Counted from the first letter of the stretch, positions 1-7,824 are shown. The stretch is 24,000 bases of DNA from Pseudodesulfovibrio sp. zrk46 (GCF_012516435.1 NZ_CP051216.1:2765669-2789668), one strand, 5' to 3'. Notes: generated by a model from the sequence alone, not told the origin. Program-made: numbers and translations.

Positions 1-3000
1 TCGGTACCACCCACGGAGATGACCGCCGTGTCGTTGGTGCCGGTAATATCAATGGAGATGGTCTGGGAGACTACTTCGCCGTCGTCGGTGCGGGCGTAGA
101 CCACGATGCTGTCGGAGGCGGAGTCGCCAGCGTTCAGCGCGTCAGCTCTGGAGTCCAGAGTGTAGGTCCAGTTGCCGTCTGCATCGATGGTGACGGAGCC
201 GTAGTTGCCCTGAACCGTGCCGGCGTCGAAGTCAGGAGTGTCGACCAGATCAACGTCGGTGACGTCGAGTGCGCCGGACACGCTGATGTCGGTCTCTTCG
301 GTGACATCGCCGGAAGCGGTGCCAGTAATGACCGGGGTATCTTCGGTGCCGTTGATGGTCACGGTGACGGTGTGCGAGGCAGAGCCGTCATCGGAAGTGA
401 CCACAAAGGTCTCGGTGAGTGTCTCGCCAGCGCCGAGCTGCTGCACTTCGGTGGCGGTGTTGTCGACGTTGTAGGTCCAGTTGCCGTCAGTGGTGATGGA
501 CAGTGCGCCGACCTTGCCGGTGTTGTCTACGGTGGTGGAGAAGACATCTTCGCCATCGTCCGCGTCGGAGATGGAGAGCTTGCCGGTGGAGGTCAGTGTG
601 ACATCCTGATCGGCAATGCCTTCGGCCAACTCGGTGACTGCGCCGGTGTCGGAATCGGTGTCGCCCACGGAGATGACCGCCGTGTCGTTGGTGCCGGTAA
701 TATCAATAGAGATGGTCTGGGAGACTACTTCGCCGTCGTCGGTGCGGGCGTAGACCACGATGCTGTCGGAGGCGGAGTCGCCAGCGTTGAGCGCGTCAGC
801 TCTGGAGTCCAGAGTGTAGGTCCAGTTGCCGTCTGCATCGATGGTGACAGCACCGTAGTTGCCCTGAACCGTGCCTGCGTCGAAGTCAGGAGTGTCGACC
901 AGATCAACGTCGGTGACGTCAAGTGCGCCGGACACGCTGATGTCGGTCTCTTCTGTGACTGCGCCGGAAGCGGTGCCGGTGATGACCGGAGTATCTTCGG
1001 TGCCGTTGATGGTCACGGTGACGGTGTGGGAGGCAGAGCCGTCATCGGAAGTGACCACAAAGGTCTCGGTGAGTGTCTCGCCAGCGCCGAGCTGCTGCAC
1101 TTCGGTGGCGGTGTTGTCGACGTTGTAGGTCCAGTTGCCGTCAGCGGTGATGGACAGTGCGCCGACCTTGCCGGTGTTGTCCACGGTGGTGGAGAAGACA
1201 TCTTCGCCATCGTCCGCGTCGGAGATGGAGAGCTTGCCGGTGGAGGTCAGTGTGACATCCTGATCGGCAATGCCTTCGGCCAGCTCGGTGACTGCGCCGG
1301 TGTCGGAATCGGTGTCGCCCACGGAGATGACCGCAGTGTCGTTGGTGCCGGTAATATCAATAGAGATGGTCTGGGAGACGACTTCGCCGTCGTCGGTGCG
1401 GGCGTAGACCACGATGCTGTCGGAGGCGGAGTCGCCAGCGTTGAGCGCGTCAGCTCTGGAGTCCAGAGTGTAGGTCCAGTTGCCGTCTGCATCGATGGTG
1501 ACAGCACCGTAGTTGCCCTGAACCGTGCCTGCGTCGAAGTCAGGAGTGTCGACCAGATCAACGTCGGTGACGTCGAGTGCGCCGGACACGCTGATGTCGG
1601 TCTCTTCGGTGACATCGCCGGAAGCGGTGCCAGTAATGACCGGGGTATCTTCGGTGCCGTTGATGGTCACGGTGACGGTGTGCGAGGCAGAGCCGTCATC
1701 GGAAGTGACCACAAAGGTCTCGGTGAGTGTCTCGCCAGCGCCGAGCTGCTGCACTTCGGTGGCGGTGTTGTCGACGTTGTAGGTCCAGTTGCCGTCAGTG
1801 GTGATGGACAGTGCGCCGACCTTGCCGGTGTTGTCTACGGTGGTGGAGAAGACATCTTCGCCATCGTCCGCGTCGGAGATGGAGAGCTTGCCGGTGGAGG
1901 TCAGTGTGACATCCTGATCGGCAATGCCTTCGGCCAACTCGGTGACTGCGCCGGTGTCGGAATCGGTGTCGCCCACGGAGATGACCGCCGTGTCGTTGGT
2001 GCCGGTAATATCAATAGAGATGGTCTGGGAGACGACTTCGCCGTCGTCGGTGCGGGCGTAGACCACGATGCTGTCGGAGGCGGAGTCGCCAGCGTTCAGC
2101 GCGTCAGCTCTGGAATCCAGAGTGTAGGTCCAGTTGCCGTCTGCATCGATGGTGACAGCACCGTAGTTGCCCTGAACCGTGCCTGCGTCGAAGTCAGGAG
2201 TGTCGACCAGATCAACGTCGGTGACGTCGAGTGCGCCGGACACGCTGATGTCGGTCTCTTCGGTGACATCGCCGGAAGCGGTGCCAGTAATGACCGGGGT
2301 ATCTTCGGTGCCGTTGATGGTCACGGTGACGGTGTGCGAGGCAGAGCCGTCATCGGAAGTGACCACAAAGGTCTCGGTGAGTGTCTCGCCAGCGCCGAGC
2401 TGCTGCACTTCGGTGGCGGTGTTGTCGACGTTGTAGGTCCAGTTGCCGTCAGTGGTGATGGACAGTGCGCCGACCTTGCCGGTGTTGTCTACGGTGGTGG
2501 AGAAGACATCTTCGCCATCGTCCGCGTCGGAGATGGAGAGCTTGCCAGAGTCTGTCAGAGTGACAGCCTGATCGGCAACGCCTTCTGCCAGCTCGGTGAC
2601 GGAGCCGGTGTCGGAATCGGTGTCGCCCACGGAGATGACCGCAGTGTCGTTGGTGCCGGTAATATCAATAGAGATGGTCTGGGAGACTACTTCGCCGTCG
2701 TCGGTGCGGGCGTAGACCACGATGCTGTCGGAGGCGGAGTCGCCAGCGTTCAGCGCGTCAGCTCTGGAATCCAGAGTGTAGGTCCAGTTGCCGTCTGCAT
2801 CGATGGTGACAGCACCGTAGTTGCCCTGAACCGTGCCTGCGTCGAAGTCAGGAGTGTCGACCAGATCAACGTCGGTGACGTCGAGTGCGCCGGACACGCT
2901 GATGTCGGTCTCTTCGGTGACATCGCCGGAAGCGGTGCCAGTAATGACCGGGGTATCTTCGGTGCCGTTGATGGTCACGGTGACGGTGTGCGAGGCAGAG

Positions 3001-3314
3001 CCGTCATCGGAAGTGACCACAAAGGTCTCGGTGAGTGTCTCGCCAGCGCCGAGCTGCTGCACTTCGGTGGCGGTGTTGTCGACGTTGTAGGTCCAGTTGC
3101 CGTCAGTGGTGATGGACAGTGCGCCGACCTTGCCGGTGTTGTCTACGGTGGTGGAGAAGACATCTTCGCCATCGTCCGCGTCGGAGATGGAGAGCTTGCC
3201 AGAGTCTGTCAGAGTGACAGCCTGATCGGCAATGCCTTCGGCCAGCTCGGTGACTGCGCCGGTGTCGGAATCGGTACCACCCACGGAGATGACCGCCGTG
3301 TCGTTGGTGCCGGT
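1..3314. repeat. Tandem array, 654-bp period (218 codons = two VCBS-type modules per unit); at least 5 units plus a 44-bp partial; continues past the left edge
   Basis: The same 85-aa shadow ORF recurs at 217, 871, 1525, 2179 and 2833 (spacing exactly 654). Units 1-654, 655-1308, 1309-1962, 1963-2616 and 2617-3270 are near-identical by eye. Positions 1-44 equal 3271-3314. Variant blocks lie around 2547-2606 and 3201-3222. Confidence 0.95.
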
Positions 3315-4388
3315 CACGGTAATGGTCAGTTCGGCCGTATCTATCAAATCGCCGTCAGAAACCTGATACTTGATGGTGATTGTCTGCTTTTCACCATCAG
3401 TCAGGTCATCATATTCAGATGCGTCAAAAGTGTAGGAGCCGTCTGCATTCAGGGTGAATCCCTTAACCGGTGCCTGGTCGTCCGCGAGGCTGTAGGAGAG
3501 TTCCTCTGCGGTGTTATCGACATCGCTGTCGTTGCCAGCAACGGTGCCATTGATAATGGCATCTTCAGTGACGGCGTTAGTGTCGTCTTCGGCCTCAGGT
3601 GCATCGTTAACAGGGACGACAGTGATAGTGCCAGTCCCACTGGAGGACAGACCGCCTGCGTCTGTTACGGTGAAGGTCACGTCAATTGTGCCGAAGTAGT
3701 CCTGATCAGGTACATAAGACCACTGGCCGGGGCCGATGTTGGTGAGAGTGCCACCAGAAACATTCAGTTGGGTTACGGACAAAAAGGAACCCGGTGTGTC
3801 AGTGACCAGAGCAAGGATGTCCGTATCATTAATGATATATGGATCACCGGCGACCTGAGGGTCATTGTCTTCATTCAGGGACAGAGAGAGGGTGCCGTTG
3901 ATGATCGGGGCGGTGTTTGGTGCTTCGGTAGTGTCACTGGCTCCGAAGCCTCCTCGGCGCGCAAAGCTTGAGGACTCAAATTCCGGATCGCCCTGGTTGC
4001 CCAGACTGTCGACGCCGCGGAACAGGTTGCCGCTATCGTCAACATAAGAGCCAACACCACTGCCACTGGCTGCGGAATCGGCTGCGGTATCGAAATTGTC
4101 CTGCTGGTCAGAGGACTCTTCGTTGAAGGCGAACAGGTAGACATCACCTGGGACCTCTGTGCCGTCCATGAGTTCGAAGGTCGGCAGGGTGCCTTCTTCG
4201 GCCATGATCAGGTAGTCCTTGACGATGACGACGCCGCCTTCCTCAAGGGTGATGACGAGATCCGGACCGTTGCCGTTGAATTCGGCAGTGGAAATGTCAA
4301 AGTCAAATATAAGGGCTGCATCTGCTGCTACCGGGATGGTTGTGACACCATCTATGGCAGGCTTCGTGACGGTAATTTGGTCGGCCAT
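1..4388 (-). CDS. Giant repeat adhesin (VCBS-type and cadherin-like repeats; probable type I secretion substrate). N-terminal ~1460 codons only; the 3' end runs off the left edge
   Basis: Found by translating the minus strand from ATG 4388..4386, preceded by AGGAGG (4399..4394, 5-nt spacer). I met no stop through the unique region and the first 654-bp unit; the period is a multiple of 3, so the frame should stay open to position 1. N-terminus MADQITVTKPAIDGVTTIPVAADAALIFDFDISTAEFNGNGPDLVITLEEGG has no signal peptide. Then TITVVPVNDAPEAEDD (cadherin-like junction) and repeated DGNWTY(N/T)(V/L)D..(G/N)AG(E/D)..TV(T)I(N/T)GT(E/N)DT motifs typical of VCBS repeats. Confidence 0.85.
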   Translation of the reverse strand, partial: MADQITVTKPAIDGVTTIPVAADAALIFDFDISTAEFNGNGPDLVITLEEGGVVIVKDYLIMAEEGTLPTFELMDGTEVPGDVYLFAFNEESSDQQDNFDTAADSAASGSGVGSYVDDSGNLFRGVDSLGNQGDPEFESSSFARRGGFGASDTTEAPNTAPIINGTLSLSLNEDNDPQVAGDPYIINDTDILALVTDTPGSFLSVTQLNVSGGTLTNIGPGQWSYVPDQDYFGTIDVTFTVTDAGGLSSSGTGTITVVPVNDAPEAEDDTNAVTEDAIINGTVAGNDSDVDNTAEELSYSLADDQAPVKGFTLNADGSYTFDASEYDDLTDGEKQTITIKYQVSDGDLIDTAELTITVTGTNDTAVISVGGTDSDTGAVTELAEGIADQAVTLTDSGKLSISDADDGEDVFSTTVDNTGKVGALSITTDGNWTYNVDNTATEVQQLGAGETLTETFVVTSDDGSASHTVTVTINGTEDTPVITGTASGDVTEETDISVSGALDVTDVDLVDTPDFDAGTVQGNYGAVTIDADGNWTYTLDSRADALNAGDSASDSIVVYARTDDGEVVSQTISIDITGTNDTAVISVGDTDSDTGSVTELAEGVADQAVTLTDSGKLSISDADDGEDVFSTTVDNTGKVGALSITTDGNWTYNVDNTATEVQQLGAGETLTETFVVTSDDGSASHTVTVTINGTEDTPVITGTASGDVTEETDISVSGALDVTDVDLVDTPDFDAGTVQGNYGAVTIDADGNWTYTLDSRADALNAGDSASDSIVVYARTDDGEVVSQTISIDITGTNDTAVISVGDTDSDTGAVTELAEGIADQDVTLTSTGKLSISDADDGEDVFSTTVDNTGKVGALSITTDGNWTYNVDNTATEVQQLGAGETLTETFVVTSDDGSASHTVTVTINGTEDTPVITGTASGDVTEETDISVSGALDVTDVDLVDTPDFDAGTVQGNYGAVTIDADGNWTYTLDSRADALNAGDSASDSIVVYARTDDGEVVSQTISIDITGTNDTAVISVGDTDSDTGAVTELAEGIADQDVTLTSTGKLSISDADDGEDVFSTTVDNTGKVGALSITADGNWTYNVDNTATEVQQLGAGETLTETFVVTSDDGSASHTVTVTINGTEDTPVITGTASGAVTEETDISVSGALDVTDVDLVDTPDFDAGTVQGNYGAVTIDADGNWTYTLDSRADALNAGDSASDSIVVYARTDDGEVVSQTISIDITGTNDTAVISVGDTDSDTGAVTELAEGIADQDVTLTSTGKLSISDADDGEDVFSTTVDNTGKVGALSITTDGNWTYNVDNTATEVQQLGAGETLTETFVVTSDDGSASHTVTVTINGTEDTPVITGTASGDVTEETDISVSGALDVTDVDLVDTPDFDAGTVQGNYGSVTIDADGNWTYTLDSRADALNAGDSASDSIVVYARTDDGEVVSQTISIDITGTNDTAVISVGGT

Positions 4389-4513
4389 AACTTCCTCCTA
4401 CAAAAGTTGCGTGGCTTATATGTCGATTCTTAGTTTAAAATCTTAGATTATATATATGGCCTGTCGCGTCACAAGTCAACGGATTGAAATTAAGTTAATA
4501 TGAGCACTTATGT

Positions 4514-4659
4514 TGTGGATAAGAGTCCTTTCACAATGCTTGTTGCTGGTATTTCAGGAATGTTTCTGTATGACGATTAGGGGCGATTATGAGATTTTAT
4601 ATTAAGTTTTCCACATAGTGGTGTTTAATACTGTATTTGTTCTGATATTATTATCCACG
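4514..4659. promoter_or_regulatory. Cluster of DnaA-box-like 9-mers in the AT-rich intergenic region
   Basis: TGTGGATAA 4514..4522 is the exact reverse complement of consensus TTATCCACA. TTTTCCACA 4607..4615 matches 8/9 and TTATCCACG 4651..4659 matches 8/9. A weaker TGTGGAAAG sits at 4743..4751 (7/9). A very AT-rich stretch follows at ~4660-4740. Confidence 0.3.
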
Positions 4660-4981
4660 AGTTATTTTTGGTTTGAATAATTTTAATAGCTTGAAAGTAT
4701 TGATTAATTTTTATCTTAGATAAATATTAGGAAAAGTTATCATGTGGAAAGTCTATTATGCTGATTACGGCTATCTTATCGTCAATCTACATATCTGATT
4801 TCATGAATTTGAGTGTAACAACATGATCTTTGTCATGGTTGATATTTAAGAAATGACATGTCGTGAACGCTGGCCGTTTTGAAGAAATAGATATCTGATT
4901 GTTGACAAACATCTGTTTAGCTGAACATACAACTATCGTGAGTATTCTTCTAATCGAGAGAGAAAAATCGGTGAGGGGTGT

Positions 4982-5755
4982 ATGTGTAAGATCGTTTCGA
5001 GTCTACTAGTTGTTTTGGTGTTGTTAGTGTCATCTGTTGCAAGTGCGGATGAGTATGTCGTTATGTCCGGAGTTTACCCTCCATTTACTTTCAATAAAGG
5101 GCTTCGTGTCGGAGGTGTGTCGGTTGATACAATTGAAAGTATCATGAAGATGACGAGTACTCCGTTTCATCGGAAGAACATCAAATTAATGCCGCTGAAA
5201 AAAGCGTATGCCGATGCGGAGACTCTTCCGAAGAGGGTCATCTTGAATGTCCCTCGCACGCCTGAAGTTGAAGAGAAATTCAAATGGGTGGGGCCTGTTT
5301 ATTTCCCTAAGTATGTCCTGATCGGTAAGAAGGGGAACGAGTACACCATCGCGACAACCGAAGATGTCGAAAAGTACCAAGTGGGGAGTATTCGCGGCAG
5401 TGATCCTTTAGATACCCTTATTGAAGAGGGCGTTGACCCAAAAAAGGTCAAGATGCACACGAGTTATGTGCAGCCCCTTCTTGAGTTGAAAGGGAAAAAG
5501 ACCGATCTAATTGCTTACTCCAATCTGGAGACGGCCTATCTGATGCGTCAAATGCGGATTGACCCAAGAAAATACAAGGTGGCTTTTGTCTATAAAAAGG
5601 TGCCGCTCTATTTTGCTTTCAGCAAGGATACTGATGATGCCAAGATCAAGCTATACAACGATGCCTTGGCCAGTATCAAAGTCCCCATGGCTCATGGTGA
5701 TACCGTGTTTCAAAAGAATCTGCGCAAGTATGTCCCGTATGGTGAAATTAAATAA
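4982..5755 (+). CDS. Periplasmic solute-binding protein, family 3 (amino-acid ABC-type SBP fold), no adjacent permease or ATPase
   Basis: 257-aa ORF with GGTGAGGGG upstream of the ATG. Signal peptide MCKIVSSLLVVLVLLVSSVASA/DE. YPPFTF motif near the mature N-terminus, typical of SBP_bac_3 proteins. Confidence 0.6.
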   Translation: MCKIVSSLLVVLVLLVSSVASADEYVVMSGVYPPFTFNKGLRVGGVSVDTIESIMKMTSTPFHRKNIKLMPLKKAYADAETLPKRVILNVPRTPEVEEKFKWVGPVYFPKYVLIGKKGNEYTIATTEDVEKYQVGSIRGSDPLDTLIEEGVDPKKVKMHTSYVQPLLELKGKKTDLIAYSNLETAYLMRQMRIDPRKYKVAFVYKKVPLYFAFSKDTDDAKIKLYNDALASIKVPMAHGDTVFQKNLRKYVPYGEIK

Positions 5756-5774
5756 CGAGTCGGATAAATAACGG

Positions 5775-5808
5775 AAAAAGGGGAGTCTTGTATGAGGTTT
5801 CCCTTTTT
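5775..5808. terminator. Hairpin between convergent genes (possible bidirectional intrinsic terminator)
   Basis: AAAAAGGG (5775-5782) pairs with CCCTTTTT (5801-5808). Wobble pairs may extend the stem inward. A-run and T-run flanks could serve both strands. It lies between the stop at 5755 (+) and the stop at 5823 (-). Confidence 0.45.
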
Positions 5809-5822
5809 TATTTGCTCTTGAG

Positions 5823-6719
5823 TTACATGCCACCAGTCATGGTCATGAAGCGAAACTTCCTCGCAACGGATGGTTTGGTTTTCCTATAGGCTCCGATAAT
5901 GCTCTCCACTGTCTTGATCCTGTCTTCCGGTGCAGGGTGAGTCTTGGCGAAAGCCGCTTCTTCGGCCAAGCGCTTTTTCATGACCTGTAACATTTCGATG
6001 AAATAATTGGGGTCATAGCCCAAGCGTTGTAGTATCGTGACGGCGTCTTTGTCCGCTTCCTCTTCAAATTCTGTGGAGTATCCATTTTCGAGTAGCGTCG
6101 TGGTAATTGTCTCAGTGCCCGTGCCTAGTGTCTTGGCGAGGTTCTTCTCATTTTCAAGAAAGAATGTGGATGTGCCGGGGAGGGATTGTGTCCTCGCTGC
6201 TTGATTGATGACGCCCTTGCTCAGGGCTTGGAGCGGGTGTTTGCGTTGAACATGTGCTATCTCATGGGCTAGCGCTGCGGCCATGGCGTCTTCTGTTTTG
6301 CAGCATCGAAGCATGCCTTTGGTGACAAAGATAAAGCCTCCCGGTGCTGACATGGCGTTGATCTCGTCAGTATCAAGGATCATGAATTTGTAGCCGCCAA
6401 ATGTTTCAGGGCGGTCGGATACTTTTGCCAGAGCTAATCCCATGACGTTCAAATACTTTTGCGCACGATCATGTTGGAGTGGAGAGTATTTCGTTAATAT
6501 TGAAGCTGCCACAGCCCTGCCAAGGTAGTGCTCCTGTTGCGGGGTAATTTCCTGATACCCCGCTGGTTTTTTCGGGGGGGCTTTGTAGCTGTTTTTGATA
6601 TCTTCAGTGTCCACCTTGAAACCACCGGGAAGGCCGATTTCAAATGCACTGGCAAGACCCGGGGCAAGCAGGATGGGAGTGGTCAGAAACAAGGCGCGGA
6701 GAAAGCTTCTACGTTTCAT
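5823..6719 (-). CDS. M48-family zinc metalloprotease with Tat-type signal peptide
   Basis: 298 aa. HEXXH motif in ALAHEIAHVQRKH. N-terminus MKRRSFLRALFLTTPILLAPGLASA/FE carries an RRxFL twin-arginine motif. Its ATG overlaps the upstream stop (TAATG at 6717-6721). Confidence 0.75.
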   Translation of the reverse strand: MKRRSFLRALFLTTPILLAPGLASAFEIGLPGGFKVDTEDIKNSYKAPPKKPAGYQEITPQQEHYLGRAVAASILTKYSPLQHDRAQKYLNVMGLALAKVSDRPETFGGYKFMILDTDEINAMSAPGGFIFVTKGMLRCCKTEDAMAAALAHEIAHVQRKHPLQALSKGVINQAARTQSLPGTSTFFLENEKNLAKTLGTGTETITTTLLENGYSTEFEEEADKDAVTILQRLGYDPNYFIEMLQVMKKRLAEEAAFAKTHPAPEDRIKTVESIIGAYRKTKPSVARKFRFMTMTGGM

Positions 6720-7201
6720 TAGATACCGCCTTTCCCAAGGCCGCCAGCCTTGATGAATTCATCGACTTCTTTGGGGGAGGCGCTTTCGGCGGCCATCTTG
6801 TCTACCAATGTATAATCAGCTTTGGTGGATTCTCGGTATTTATCTTCGGTCCTTTGATTGAAACCTTGTCCAGAGAGGATGAGGGTATCGGTTTGCTCTG
6901 CTGCTTGTACATCACTATTGGTAGGGCGAAGAATGATCTTCTGCTCGCTCAGCGCTGAGGAATGCATCCATCCGCTTTTGCCGGATTTGATGGAGGTGAT
7001 ACGACGCCATTCTCCCTCTTCGGCTTTAAGTTCTACAGCATCCCCATACGGCAGGGTGTCGGTTTGCTTTCCATAGAAGCCGGGCTTGCTTCTGAGTTGG
7101 CCGTTTTGAACCTGAACGCTGAGTTGTTGGCCTGCCCAGGCTGATGTTGCTGTCATTACGGTTACAGCTAGCCCAATAATATATTTGCTTATGCTTTTCA
7201 T
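6719..7201 (-). CDS. Exported SH3-domain protein (bacterial SH3_3-like)
   Basis: I prefer the start at ATG 7201..7199 (MKSISKYIIGLAVTVMTATSAWA signal peptide), which has GGAGGG 7214..7209 7 nt upstream, over the track start at 7228. The segment LRSKPGFYGKQTDTLPYGDAVELKAEEGEWRRITSIKSGKSGWMHSSAL reads as a bacterial SH3 fold. Confidence 0.6.
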   Translation of the reverse strand: MKSISKYIIGLAVTVMTATSAWAGQQLSVQVQNGQLRSKPGFYGKQTDTLPYGDAVELKAEEGEWRRITSIKSGKSGWMHSSALSEQKIILRPTNSDVQAAEQTDTLILSGQGFNQRTEDKYRESTKADYTLVDKMAAESASPKEVDEFIKAGGLGKGGI

Positions 7202-7293
7202 GAAGCATCCCTCCAATTTCAATGGCAACCTGAGTGTGGGGATTACCAGAAAAAAAGAAGGGATGCATCATTATGTTCGGTGAAGAATGGAGG

Positions 7294-7698
7294 TTACAAG
7301 CGCATTGAGGTCATGAACATGGGAGACTTGTCTGTTGCGGCGACAAAACCTTGTCGTTCGTAGAACCCGGCTTTGGTGTTGTAGGAAATCAGTAGCTTGG
7401 TCGGAACGTCCTGGTACGCCTCGGCCATTTGCTCAATGAGGAGTTTTCCAATCCCTTTGCCCTGGTATTCCGGACGAACCAGCAGATAATGAACGTAAGC
7501 GGCCATGTGTCCGTCTGATAAAACATTGATCAATCCGACGAGCTTGTCCCCATCCCAAGCAGTAAAAACCCCATGTGCTCCTTGGATGGCCTTCACCAGC
7601 TTTTCTGGATAATTCCCGGAATCCCAATCTACGGAGAGAAACAGGTCTTGTAGCTCCTGCTCGCATAACTCTTTGGTGTCACTGAAAGAAATAGACAT
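7294..7698 (-). CDS. GNAT-family N-acetyltransferase
   Basis: 134 aa. Acetyl-CoA binding motif A in LLVRPEYQGKGIGKLLIEQM. AAGGAGG RBS at 7709..7703. Confidence 0.85.
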   Translation of the reverse strand: MSISFSDTKELCEQELQDLFLSVDWDSGNYPEKLVKAIQGAHGVFTAWDGDKLVGLINVLSDGHMAAYVHYLLVRPEYQGKGIGKLLIEQMAEAYQDVPTKLLISYNTKAGFYERQGFVAATDKSPMFMTSMRL

Positions 7699-7824
7699 AT
7701 GTGCCTCCTTGTCATTCCTGTTGGAGGAAATCTATGGCTCCGTCTTCAATAGGTCCAATATATTGTTTGTTGAGATTAATACGGCACGTATATTGATAAA
7801 AGTGTGAATCTACACTATTTTGTG

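Noticed and set aside
217-3090. Five copies of an 85-aa plus-strand ORF (MPASKSGVSTRS...) and assorted 60-122-aa minus-strand ORFs inside the repeats
   Set aside because: They are off-frame or antisense products of the tandem repeat. They are Ser/Thr/Pro-rich nonsense and recur only because the DNA repeats.
1-3314. Regularly spaced repeats as a possible CRISPR array
   Set aside because: The period is 654 bp with no unique spacers. The whole unit is repeated and is in-frame coding sequence.
372-3971. The 1199-aa plus-strand ORF, the longest in the supplied track
   Set aside because: It is an antisense shadow of the minus-strand adhesin. It is low-complexity (G/V/D/A), I saw no RBS, and it simply mirrors the 654-bp repeats. 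The minus strand has a strong RBS, a sensible N-terminus and VCBS/cadherin-like motifs. RNY-type codon bias keeps the complementary frame open.
4742-4798. 18-codon mini-ORF MWKVYYADYGYLIVNLHI in the intergenic region
   Set aside because: The upstream AGGA is weak, conservation cannot be assessed, and the ORF overlaps a DnaA-like box and the 10-bp repeat. It is most likely chance in AT-rich DNA.
4389-4981. Looked for a c-di-GMP riboswitch, a sigma-54 (TGGCAC-N5-TTGC) promoter or a small RNA upstream of the adhesin
   Set aside because: I could recognise no GEMM-like conserved core and no -24/-12 element by eye on either strand. Absence by eye is weak evidence; a covariance-model scan (Rfam) would settle it.
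6567-6580. T6-C-G7 homopolymer pair inside the M48 protease gene as a phase-variation tract
   Set aside because: Runs of 6-7 nt are too short for efficient slippage. The tract encodes an in-frame PPKK segment, and the gene is intact.
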